A DNA stretch of 64,000 nucleotides, from IMG/VR virus record IMGVR_UViG_3300025608_000722, positions 1-64,000 of that record; one strand, 5' to 3'. Within the stretch, counting starts at the first letter, position 1; each line of letters begins with the position of its first letter. Positions 17,457 to 25,884 of the stretch are shown piece after piece. Position numbers and translations under genes: made by a program. Under the pieces are notes generated by a model, which did not search any database, was not told the DNA's origin, and saw only the letters and a list, made by a program, of their open reading frames with translations. Source of the stretch: a virus. Taxonomy: Duplodnaviria > Caudoviricetes.

Positions 17457-18182
17457 ATGAATACACGAATTTTTTCGTTAGTTATGAAAAATTTAGAACA
17501 AACCTTCAATTTACCTAAGTACAAAGGTTTACAATTAACCAAAGATAGTGTAGTAGATGATCTACCATTTACACCTGTACGTAAAGAAAAATTCGCACAG
17601 AATATTATGCACGAGTTAGATATCGAACACTTAGATTTAACTGGAACTATTGAACAGTTTGTACAATCATTGGATACTTTTTATATGAAAAGATTCTTTG
17701 GCGAAATTTGGAAACCTAATACCGACAATCATACTTACAGCGGATGGAGTATTGTTGAGCGAATTAACAAACAAAATCCACGCAATGTGTTAGACTTCGG
17801 ATGCGGATATAATCAATTTAAACCACGTATTGCTAATCTAACAGGTATTGATCCGTTTAATGACAATGCAGACTATATGGTAGACATCCTAGAGTTTAAT
17901 GTAGATGAAAAATATGATCACATGATTGTATTCGGTAGTTTAAACTTTGGTGATGAAAACGATATCCGTACAAGATTTGATAAGTTGTATAATTTATTAG
18001 ACACCGGTGGTAGAATGTACTTTAGAGTTAATCCGGGAATATTATGGCCTAAAGGTCCGTATGTAGATATATTTCCTTGGACTTTTGAGTTTGCTTATAA
18101 ACTGGCTAAAGAATATAACTGTAGTTTAGAACAATACAAAAAAGATAATAGTCGACTTTATTTTGAATTACTAAAGATGTGA
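17457..18182 (+). CDS. Class I SAM-dependent methyltransferase with a small N-terminal helical domain
   Basis: Motif I 'VLDFGCG', 'GIDP', 'YDHMIVFGSL', 'GGRM'; SD GGAGA before 17457. Confidence 0.8.
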   Translation: MNTRIFSLVMKNLEQTFNLPKYKGLQLTKDSVVDDLPFTPVRKEKFAQNIMHELDIEHLDLTGTIEQFVQSLDTFYMKRFFGEIWKPNTDNHTYSGWSIVERINKQNPRNVLDFGCGYNQFKPRIANLTGIDPFNDNADYMVDILEFNVDEKYDHMIVFGSLNFGDENDIRTRFDKLYNLLDTGGRMYFRVNPGILWPKGPYVDIFPWTFEFAYKLAKEYNCSLEQYKKDNSRLYFELLKM

Positions 18183-18899
18183 CACGTCTTTAGAAAACTT
18201 TACTGTTTTTCTAAATGCCATCTCATTAAACTCAAGATCAAATTTTTCACATAACGTCACAAAAAAATCCTTGTCGTATAATTGAGAAACTTCTTTGATA
18301 ATAAAATCTTTATCATCTGTCTTTTGTTTATAACCTTCTATTTGTGCAGTAAGATCGTTGACTAAACATTCTTTAAATGTTATTCCTTGTTCATTTGCTT
18401 TATCAGTATACAAATCTTTAAAAAGATAGTTTCTATTACGTGGATCAACATAATAATGACATGTACTGTTTATCCATCTAGTATATAATAATTCTATATC
18501 TTCAGGAATAATTACAAAATGTTTTGCAGGATTAAAAAAATTCTTTACTCTATCTAAATCAGAATGTAGTGTATACACAAAATTATTAGGATAGAGACGT
18601 TGCTTCCATGTTTCAATTTCATCTTGTGAATATTCTCTTCCTTGCTTTTCGGCCATATCTAATACAGGAGGAATAGTTTTATCACAAACTCCTTTACCTA
18701 ATGCACCTCTAAATCTTTTATTAAAATGTAATCTCGAAAAGTTAGCATCGTTTATAATATTAAAAGAGTCCCAAGGGTTGATTCCATTTTGTATATGATC
18801 GTACCAACTTACATTATTACAACTAGAAATAATTCTTCCTGCAATATGTCCGCCTGATCCCATAGGAAAATTAATTGTAATTGCATTATTATACATCAA
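18171..18899 (-). CDS. Hypothetical protein, possibly sulfotransferase/P-loop-like
   Basis: N-terminal beta strand followed by 'FPMGSGGH' Gly-rich loop; weak similarity only. Confidence 0.4.
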   Translation of the reverse strand: MMYNNAITINFPMGSGGHIAGRIISSCNNVSWYDHIQNGINPWDSFNIINDANFSRLHFNKRFRGALGKGVCDKTIPPVLDMAEKQGREYSQDEIETWKQRLYPNNFVYTLHSDLDRVKNFFNPAKHFVIIPEDIELLYTRWINSTCHYYVDPRNRNYLFKDLYTDKANEQGITFKECLVNDLTAQIEGYKQKTDDKDFIIKEVSQLYDKDFFVTLCEKFDLEFNEMAFRKTVKFSKDVSHL

Positions 18900-19566
18900 G
18901 TCTTCCTAAATAATATAATCCCTTATTCCTGTATGTTACAAGATCACCTGTTGCAAACCAATCGTCATGTATACACATCGGACTTTTTACATATAACTGG
19001 TTTTCTTTAACTCTATAATCACACCAAAATGTGTTGCCCAAAATATTATCTTCTGCTGTATCGCCAGGTTTATACAATTTATTAATAACACAAGGACCAA
19101 TTTCACTCATACCCCAATTCGCCAAAACTGTTGCGCCACGGTCTATAAATGCTTGTATATGATGTTTTGGAATTGGATCACTGCCCATTGCAACAAATTT
19201 ACCCGTTAAATCAGCTGTTTTAAAGCTCTTAGTGCTTAGTAGTGCTTCACACATAGCAGGAGCAATAAACGTGTGTGTATGACGCTTAAAACGCTTTAAA
19301 AAGCTATATGCATTGAACTTTTCAATTGTTATATCGCACCCTAGTGTATATGCCGGTAAACTTTGAAGTAATAATCCACCTGCATGAGTCATTCTAGTAA
19401 CTGTATACACACTGCTATTTTTGGTTAGATTTTGGGCAGTAATTGCAGTATCGATACAGTGTTTTAAATTTTCAGGACTTCTATATATAGATTTTGGAGA
19501 TCCTGTAGTACCACTACTGCTTATAGTGCATCCATTTTTAAGAACATCTTCAAAATTCAGTTCCAT
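18889..19566 (-). CDS. Minimal AMP-binding enzyme core (225 aa, no C-terminal subdomain)
   Basis: 'SSGTTGSPKS', 'WGMSEIG', 'FATGDLV', ends at 'YLGRLDV'. Confidence 0.8.
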   Translation of the reverse strand: MELNFEDVLKNGCTISSSGTTGSPKSIYRSPENLKHCIDTAITAQNLTKNSSVYTVTRMTHAGGLLLQSLPAYTLGCDITIEKFNAYSFLKRFKRHTHTFIAPAMCEALLSTKSFKTADLTGKFVAMGSDPIPKHHIQAFIDRGATVLANWGMSEIGPCVINKLYKPGDTAEDNILGNTFWCDYRVKENQLYVKSPMCIHDDWFATGDLVTYRNKGLYYLGRLDV

Positions 19567-20383
19567 ACTCTACCTTTTTCTTTTCGTATTCTTTAATAAG
19601 CATTTCGGTAATAGGTCCGGAGCGAACTGGCGTTACGCCGCCACTAGAACTTGTTAAAAAGATTTCGTCCATGTTGTCCCAATCTTCTGCTGATATGTCA
19701 GTTCGGTCGAAATCAATTTTTTGTTCTTTAGCAATATCTTCGACAACACTCATAGTAACACCTTTAAGACAATTCCTCGCAGGTGTACAAATTCCTATAG
19801 TATCAACAAATCCAATATTAAATCCCGGGCCTTCAGTAATATTATCATCGCTATCAACTAATACACAAGTATCGTATCCTTCAGGAACTTTACGCTGAGC
19901 CATTGTTAATTCAATCCAGCTCATGTTTTTATATTCTTGTCCAAAGTGTATATCGTCAACTCGGTAAGATTCTTTATCTAGATAAACATTAACAACGTCT
20001 TTATTAGCAAGTGGATAGCTAGGCTTAATATACATTGCAAAATTTATTGGACAATTTTCTAAGTCTCTTGGATTACCACTGGGCGGAAAGCCTCTCCAGA
20101 TCATAAACCATACAAACGCATTTTCAATTGGATTGCGTCTAGCAAGTTCTTTAATGATCTCTAGAGGATCTACGTCTGGAATTGTAAGTCCATAGCGTTT
20201 AGCACTGTTCTTAAATCTTTGTAAATGTCGTTCATAACAGAATGCTTTGCCGTTATATACGGGCATAACATCATAAGTAGCATCACAGTGAATAAACCCA
20301 AAGTCTAAAACACTAGGTCCTATTTCTCCTAGCGGCTTATATTCACCATTCTTATATGCTATTAAATCTAATACGTTAGTCAT
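19550..20383 (-). CDS. PLP-dependent aminotransferase class IV (IlvE/D-amino acid aminotransferase/PabC fold)
   Basis: 'DFGFIHCDATYDV', 'HLQRF', Schiff-base-like 'YKN', 'ITEGPGFN', 'LKGVT', 'FLTSS'. Confidence 0.88.
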   Translation of the reverse strand: MTNVLDLIAYKNGEYKPLGEIGPSVLDFGFIHCDATYDVMPVYNGKAFCYERHLQRFKNSAKRYGLTIPDVDPLEIIKELARRNPIENAFVWFMIWRGFPPSGNPRDLENCPINFAMYIKPSYPLANKDVVNVYLDKESYRVDDIHFGQEYKNMSWIELTMAQRKVPEGYDTCVLVDSDDNITEGPGFNIGFVDTIGICTPARNCLKGVTMSVVEDIAKEQKIDFDRTDISAEDWDNMDEIFLTSSSGGVTPVRSGPITEMLIKEYEKKKVEYGTEF

Positions 20384-20633
20384 CAAAATGTACCTTCTTT
20401 AATTGAGGATCATCAGGCAATTTTTCTTTGAGGACTTTTAAACGATTAATTCTCCATTCAAGGAGTTTAAAATCTAATACCCAAGGAAAAATTGCGTGAA
20501 TCAAACTTCCTATAGTTACTGCTAACAAAAAGAAAAATTCGTTCATTGCTAAACGAAAATGCCACCAATAGCCTGCATCAGGCTTACCAGCTTTATTTTT
20601 TGCTTCGTCTAAGTGTTTAGGATTGTACCACAT
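20376..20633 (-). CDS. Small membrane-associated protein (DUF6356-like)
   Basis: 'HL...YWWHFRLA...LIHAIFP' pattern with a hydrophobic helix. Confidence 0.5.
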   Translation of the reverse strand: MWYNPKHLDEAKNKAGKPDAGYWWHFRLAMNEFFFLLAVTIGSLIHAIFPWVLDFKLLEWRINRLKVLKEKLPDDPQLKKVHFDD

Positions 20634-21174
20634 AGTTTCCTTTCAGCAAACTTCTACGTCTAGTGTATTCTTTAATGTTTAACTTCCAGACTGTTTGCTC
20701 AGTATAATATAACACCATTTCACTATGTTTGTCAAGTATTTTTTGCTTTGCTAGTAAGCCCATCAACTTATGATTACGAGCGGCTTTACCATTAGAATGT
20801 TCATGGTGTGTGTTTGTGCTAATATATAGTTGATCAGTAGGACACCATTCTATGAAACGTGGAATCATTTCACGTTGTGTAATACTGTTCCAGTCGCCTT
20901 TGCCTAATCCTTGAAAGGTATCAGTTTGAGGCAGTTCACAACCTCTAAACATAATGCGCCATGCGTTATCATCAACCTCAGGTAACGGATGGCATCCGGC
21001 CACTGCTACTATTTCATTGTCTTTAATTGCACAAAAAAATTCACCGTTTTCTTTGCACCAATCAAACTTCATTGCTTTTAAACTTGAATTATTCTCATAA
21101 CCAAGTTGTTTTGCTTTAGAGCAAAATATTTCTAGTTTAGGTATGTGTTCATCAGTAATTGTTGTAACAATCAT
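20617..21174 (-). CDS. GNAT-like acyltransferase
   Basis: 'EIVAVAG', 'WRIMFRG', 'QGLGKG' CoA-binding-like motif. Confidence 0.55.
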   Translation of the reverse strand: MIVTTITDEHIPKLEIFCSKAKQLGYENNSSLKAMKFDWCKENGEFFCAIKDNEIVAVAGCHPLPEVDDNAWRIMFRGCELPQTDTFQGLGKGDWNSITQREMIPRFIEWCPTDQLYISTNTHHEHSNGKAARNHKLMGLLAKQKILDKHSEMVLYYTEQTVWKLNIKEYTRRRSLLKGNYVVQS

Positions 21175-21803
21175 AAGTAGCTCAAGTTGTCTGAAATAAT
21201 GTTTACAGTTTCTTCATTAAGATCTACATTTACAACTATCATGTATGAAGGTTTAAAACTAGTATTGAATAGATAATGTGTTTTAAGAGTGTCTACAAAG
21301 TATACGCATCCATTATCCCAATTCTCAATTTTACCATCAATTATAAAACTAAAATTTGGCGGGTTGACATTTCGTAATGGAATTAGTAATCTAAAACTAT
21401 CTATTTTTGTAGTCTTGTTATCTCTATGAGGAGGAAAATATCCGCCTGGGTCGAGTTTTAAAATATGAGTTCTAAAAATATGTTTCTTTAATGGTTCTAG
21501 ACATGTTTGTAATTCAGGAGATTTATTATACACATCTGTGTATGTTTTAAAATCTCTTTCACTATAGTCTGTATTATTCTCTTTATTGTATTCAATTAAA
21601 CTATCTAGATCAGGAATACCAGACACACCGCCATCAAGACTTGTAATACTTAATCCATACCTATTAACAGACTTTCTTGGGTTGTATGGTACATACTCAA
21701 AGTCTTGTTCAGTAAGGTTAAGGAACTTATTAACATCATTTAGAACAAGATTTAATTTAAACACTGTTCCGTATGCTGTTAAATGGTTGTAGAGGTTAAT
21801 CAC
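21171..21803 (-). CDS. 2OG-Fe(II) oxygenase, Asp/Asn beta-hydroxylase-like
   Basis: 'LDPGGYFPPHRD' (HxD), 'RLLIPL', 'THYLFN'. Confidence 0.75.
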   Translation of the reverse strand: MINLYNHLTAYGTVFKLNLVLNDVNKFLNLTEQDFEYVPYNPRKSVNRYGLSITSLDGGVSGIPDLDSLIEYNKENNTDYSERDFKTYTDVYNKSPELQTCLEPLKKHIFRTHILKLDPGGYFPPHRDNKTTKIDSFRLLIPLRNVNPPNFSFIIDGKIENWDNGCVYFVDTLKTHYLFNTSFKPSYMIVVNVDLNEETVNIISDNLSYL

Positions 21804-21830
21804 TTTCGCTAATCCATTCGATATCTTTTA

Positions 21831-21869
21831 GTAAATATATGTGTATTTAATAAGAAAAAAAGGATACAC
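21831..21869. promoter_or_regulatory. Back-to-back late-type TAAATA motifs and an SD-masking hairpin
   Basis: GTAAATA on + at 21831-37; TTAAATA on - at 21850-44; GTGTAT(21841-46) pairs with ATACAC(21864-69) next to the SD. Confidence 0.45.
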
Positions 21870-21877
21870 TTTACAAT

Positions 21878-22675
21878 ATGGCATATGTATACAGAAGCAA
21901 AGGTTCATATCCTCCTAAGAATCAAAAAATAATAGAACATACTTACGCGGCTAAGAGCGGATTAGATGCTATAGTACCTATCAATCCAGAATGGGAGAAT
22001 ATAGGAGTTCAAATAAGCGGAGGTATGGACAGTGCTTTGCTACTCTATCTAGTAGCAAAGACAGTAAAAGACAACAATTATAATATTAAAGTAAGACCTA
22101 TACACTTTGATATCCCTACTAAGTTACCTGTACAGCCTCTTGCTATTATAAGCAAAGTAGAAGAATTACTAGATTTTAAATTTGGAGATATTATAGAATA
22201 CGCTATTCCATTAGAGCAGTGTACAAAAGAAGCAACCATGTCGGGTGTTGGTAAGAAAGAATTTATTATACTTAAAATTAGAGAAATGTTAATGTCTAAA
22301 ATTGTTAATTTTGAAGTTAACGGAAATACAAAAAATCCACCTGTTGAATTTAGAAAACATTTTCCAAATGATGAATTTAGACAAAAGAATAGAGATAGAA
22401 CATTTGACATTTATACAGGACCGTATAATGCATCTCCTCTTTCTCATTTAGATAAAGCAGATGTTGTAAGCCTGTATAAAAAATATAACCTAATTGACGA
22501 GTTAATGACATTAACATGTTCGTGTGATAACTGGAGAGATCAGATCATTGCAAAAAAATTAGATATTCCTTGTGGTCAATGTTGGTGGTGTCACGAACGA
22601 GCATACGGACTTAGTCAAAATAACATTCAAGATCCTACACCTGTAAAGAAATTTGAAGATGAAAATTCCAAGTAA
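21878..22675 (+). CDS. QueC-like PP-loop ATPase (7-cyano-7-deazaguanine synthase-like)
   Basis: PP-loop 'ISGGMDS'; C-terminal 'TCSC...CGQCWWCHER' Zn motif; orthology to queC not established. Confidence 0.75.
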   Translation: MAYVYRSKGSYPPKNQKIIEHTYAAKSGLDAIVPINPEWENIGVQISGGMDSALLLYLVAKTVKDNNYNIKVRPIHFDIPTKLPVQPLAIISKVEELLDFKFGDIIEYAIPLEQCTKEATMSGVGKKEFIILKIREMLMSKIVNFEVNGNTKNPPVEFRKHFPNDEFRQKNRDRTFDIYTGPYNASPLSHLDKADVVSLYKKYNLIDELMTLTCSCDNWRDQIIAKKLDIPCGQCWWCHERAYGLSQNNIQDPTPVKKFEDENSK

Positions 22676-23840
22676 AACATTTTGCAGTATGGCGTGGGAC
22701 CATCAGTTTATCGATCCCACTGGACGTGTGAAACCGTGCTGTAGGTTTGCTGAAAAGTTTAGACCCAATGAAAACAATCTCAAAGAAAAAACACTGAGTG
22801 AAGTGTTCTACGGAGATTGGATGAATGATATTCGTGACAAGATGATGAAGGGCGAACAAGTAGAAGGATGCATACGTTGCTATCAAGAAGAAGATGCAGG
22901 TAAGCGTAGTTTACGAGAACGTTATCATGATAACAAAACATTGCCTATAGACAAGTTAGTCGATCTAGATAATCCTAAGATCGGATGGATCGAACTTGCC
23001 ATTAGTAATGATTGCAACTTAGCGTGTCGTATGTGTGACAGTCGTTATGCGTGGAAGTGGTTCAAAGAAGAACAAGCAATTTATGGCAAGACTTGGAACG
23101 AAGTCGAAAAAAGCAAAAGTGACATTGCTAACATATATCCTTTTATAAATGATCTAGTTCATATCAAGTTCACCGGCGGTGAGCCGTTATTAACAAAGGA
23201 TCAATGGATAGTAGTTGACAAACTAATTGCGGAGAGAGACTGTAGCGAAATATTTTTAAATTATAGCACTAACTGTACTATTATGCCTAAAGATAGTTGG
23301 GTCAAAAAATGGGACAAATTTAAAACAGTCGAGTTTGCTCTTAGCTTTGATAGTTGTAACAAAGAAGAAAGCGAATATATACGTTGGCCTGCAAAATACG
23401 AACTTACTGAAGAAGTAACTAAACGCTTTTTAGAATTAAAACGTACAAACGGATATAATGTTCTATTACGTAGTACTATTAGTATTTTAAATGTATGGTA
23501 TATGGCAGAAAGTATGGAGTGGTGGTTTAAACACGATAGCGGCAATGTTATTGTGAATCCAACACATTTAACATATCCAGAAATATTATGTGTTACAGTA
23601 TTACCTAAACACATCAAGGAACGTGTAACTGCTAAATTTAACGAGTATCAGAAGAATTCAGATAACATAAAGATAATTAACTCGTTAGAATATATAAAAA
23701 ATCTTATGAATAGCAAGGATGACAGTCATCTTCTACCACAGTTACAAACGTATTTAGAAGGCACTGATGCTTATAGAGATCAGGACTTTTACAAAAGTTA
23801 TCCTCATTTTGCAGATATTTTTGCAACCATTAAAGATTAA
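22659..23840 (+). CDS. Radical SAM protein, type I (N-terminal Cys-rich SPASM/twitch-like domain)
   Basis: 'FCSMAW...PCC...CIRC'; 'CNLACRMC'; 'FTGGEP'. Confidence 0.9.
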   Translation: MKIPSKTFCSMAWDHQFIDPTGRVKPCCRFAEKFRPNENNLKEKTLSEVFYGDWMNDIRDKMMKGEQVEGCIRCYQEEDAGKRSLRERYHDNKTLPIDKLVDLDNPKIGWIELAISNDCNLACRMCDSRYAWKWFKEEQAIYGKTWNEVEKSKSDIANIYPFINDLVHIKFTGGEPLLTKDQWIVVDKLIAERDCSEIFLNYSTNCTIMPKDSWVKKWDKFKTVEFALSFDSCNKEESEYIRWPAKYELTEEVTKRFLELKRTNGYNVLLRSTISILNVWYMAESMEWWFKHDSGNVIVNPTHLTYPEILCVTVLPKHIKERVTAKFNEYQKNSDNIKIINSLEYIKNLMNSKDDSHLLPQLQTYLEGTDAYRDQDFYKSYPHFADIFATIKD

Positions 23841-24153
23841 AAATAATATGTTCGTTGATTGTATGAGCGCCGCCTTCATTTTTTATGTCAGCAGGATTTT
23901 TACTACAAAACTTCTTACAAGCATAAAAGCAATCTGATTTATCCCAACTATTTTCTAGTTTAATCAATGCTTTACTTTTTCTTAGATCCTGTATAGATTT
24001 ATTTTGTGTATGCAATTCTTCTAAATCTTCTCCAAGAAATTCTTTTAGATCATCAACATAAGGTTGATTAGCTATCCAACAACAAGGATAATAATAACCG
24101 TCGCTATCGATATATTCTGCGGCTTTATTAATTTTACAGCGTGGATAGATCAT
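23830..24153 (-). CDS. Stand-alone SPASM/twitch-like domain
   Basis: 'PRC...DGYYYPCCW...CKKFC'. Confidence 0.7.
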   Translation of the reverse strand: MIYPRCKINKAAEYIDSDGYYYPCCWIANQPYVDDLKEFLGEDLEELHTQNKSIQDLRKSKALIKLENSWDKSDCFYACKKFCSKNPADIKNEGGAHTINEHIIFNL

Positions 24154-24757
24154 TTTTTATATTTTCTTCAAGTTGATTAATCGTTATTGTAGGATTAAAT
24201 TTATCACTGTTGCGATTGCTTTGCACTATCATAAACTGATCAAATTTTAGTTGTTTAGCTATTGCTAGTGCTTGTGTAATAGTGTCCTGATTATATTTAA
24301 AAAGTATATGTTTCCATATCAACTTAGTTGAACTATTATTTGTTCTAAATGCTTCTATACCTTTTACAATTAAATCCCATTTAGAATTTACTCGGTACAT
24401 ATGATTATTACTTTCAATGCCATCAATACTAAAATTAATTTCGTCGTTAGCATCAAACACTTTTGCTAGTCTGCTCCACCAATCTGAAGTTCTATAACTT
24501 CCATTAGTGTGTAAAATTAATTTAGCAGTATTGTTCTTTTCTTTAATCTTACGTATTAATCCAATAAAATCTTTATGATATATTGGATCACCATGATTTC
24601 CGCAGATAATAATTTCGTCAAATGTAGATGTCAAATTACTATAGTGTTCAATGTCACAATCTATATTTTGTATTTTATCTGAATATATTGTTCTTGGACA
24701 CAAAGGACATTGTAGTGGACATCTCGAAGTTGGCTCGATATGAATTATTCCTGGCAC
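24134..24757 (-). CDS. Radical SAM core domain, type II (C-terminal Cys domain in the next ORF)
   Basis: 'EPTSRCPLQCPLC', 'CGNHGDP', 'HTNGS', 'FSIDG'. Confidence 0.85.
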   Translation of the reverse strand: MPGIIHIEPTSRCPLQCPLCPRTIYSDKIQNIDCDIEHYSNLTSTFDEIIICGNHGDPIYHKDFIGLIRKIKEKNNTAKLILHTNGSYRTSDWWSRLAKVFDANDEINFSIDGIESNNHMYRVNSKWDLIVKGIEAFRTNNSSTKLIWKHILFKYNQDTITQALAIAKQLKFDQFMIVQSNRNSDKFNPTITINQLEENIKNDLSTL

Positions 24758-25866
24758 ACTACTTTCCTTTTTGGTATTTTTGAATCTGCACTTGAGACAC
24801 AGGAGTTTGTAATGCAGGGCATAGGGGTATCAAAGAGTTTAAATCCTGTTTCGATGTTTCCAAGCGGCACATCGTGACAGGAATAGGATCGCTTAACGGA
24901 ACCGTCGGGCTCTCTAATAATGATTCCTTGGTATCCGGCATTGCAATTCCAACCTTTAAACTTATTAAAATTAAAAGCGTTAAAACGCTCAGCTTGATCC
25001 ATATACCATTTTTTGCCATCTTTATCCTCAAATTCTACTTGCATATGCCAAGGTACACTAGCATCTGGCTTGCTCATTCCTGCAGGTACTTCAAACTTTG
25101 CTTTAGGACGTTCAGCCCATTTACGTTTACTTTCTGTGTATGCACGTTGCGGCATTCCGTTGTGCAAACGTTTTAGATCTTCCGGTTTATAACCATCAAC
25201 CACTCTCGAGGCAGTTGGATCTGATTGCGGCTTAAGAGTAACATTGATTCCTTGTTCGTGGAAGAACAATGCATTTTCCCAATCTCTTTCGAACCAGTCC
25301 GGAACCATAACCATATTGATTGTAACTTGTACATCGTGTTCTTGACACAAGATCAGTTTGTTAGCGAAATCTTGCATCTTTTCTCGTGTATTAAGATGCT
25401 CTGTGTGTAAACTTGCTGTAATGCTTGCTCTATGAAATGGCTTAACTGCTTCTACATACTGTTCAAACCACTTCATGTTGCGGCTACAGTTTGATGTCAT
25501 GTGAACGCTAGTATAATTAGTATTATCAACATCATCGGCAAGATGTTTGAGAATGTCCAAATAGCCAGGGTGAAAAGTAGGCTCACCACCAGATAAACTA
25601 AAATGAAAGCTATTAAAACCGTTATCACGAGCCTGTCGCTTTATCTCGTCAATTGTTCGTAGACATAGTACAGTTGGTCTATGATCTTTTCTGTCACTGC
25701 GAGCGTACGGCCAGCAGTAAGAGCATTTATAATTACAAAAACGACCGAGCAACCAACTAACAGTAAAAAGATCCCTGTAGAGTAGAGTTCTTTGCCCCAC
25801 AGAGACAATATCCTCAAAGGGGATTTTAGTAAAATCATAATTGCTCCATTTTAAATCTTCAGTCAT
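24745..25866 (-). CDS. Radical SAM protein, type III
   Basis: 'WLLGRFCNYKCSYC', 'SGGEP', C-terminal 'WNCNAG...C...C...C'. Confidence 0.9.
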   Translation of the reverse strand: MTEDLKWSNYDFTKIPFEDIVSVGQRTLLYRDLFTVSWLLGRFCNYKCSYCWPYARSDRKDHRPTVLCLRTIDEIKRQARDNGFNSFHFSLSGGEPTFHPGYLDILKHLADDVDNTNYTSVHMTSNCSRNMKWFEQYVEAVKPFHRASITASLHTEHLNTREKMQDFANKLILCQEHDVQVTINMVMVPDWFERDWENALFFHEQGINVTLKPQSDPTASRVVDGYKPEDLKRLHNGMPQRAYTESKRKWAERPKAKFEVPAGMSKPDASVPWHMQVEFEDKDGKKWYMDQAERFNAFNFNKFKGWNCNAGYQGIIIREPDGSVKRSYSCHDVPLGNIETGFKLFDTPMPCITNSCVSSADSKIPKRKVVCQE

Positions 25867-25884
25867 AATACTATACTAACACAC

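Noticed and set aside
25498-25640. Very hydrophobic +1-frame peptide (VLIAFILVYLVVSLLF...)
   Set aside because: Short, and hydrophobicity is expected when T-rich third positions become second positions
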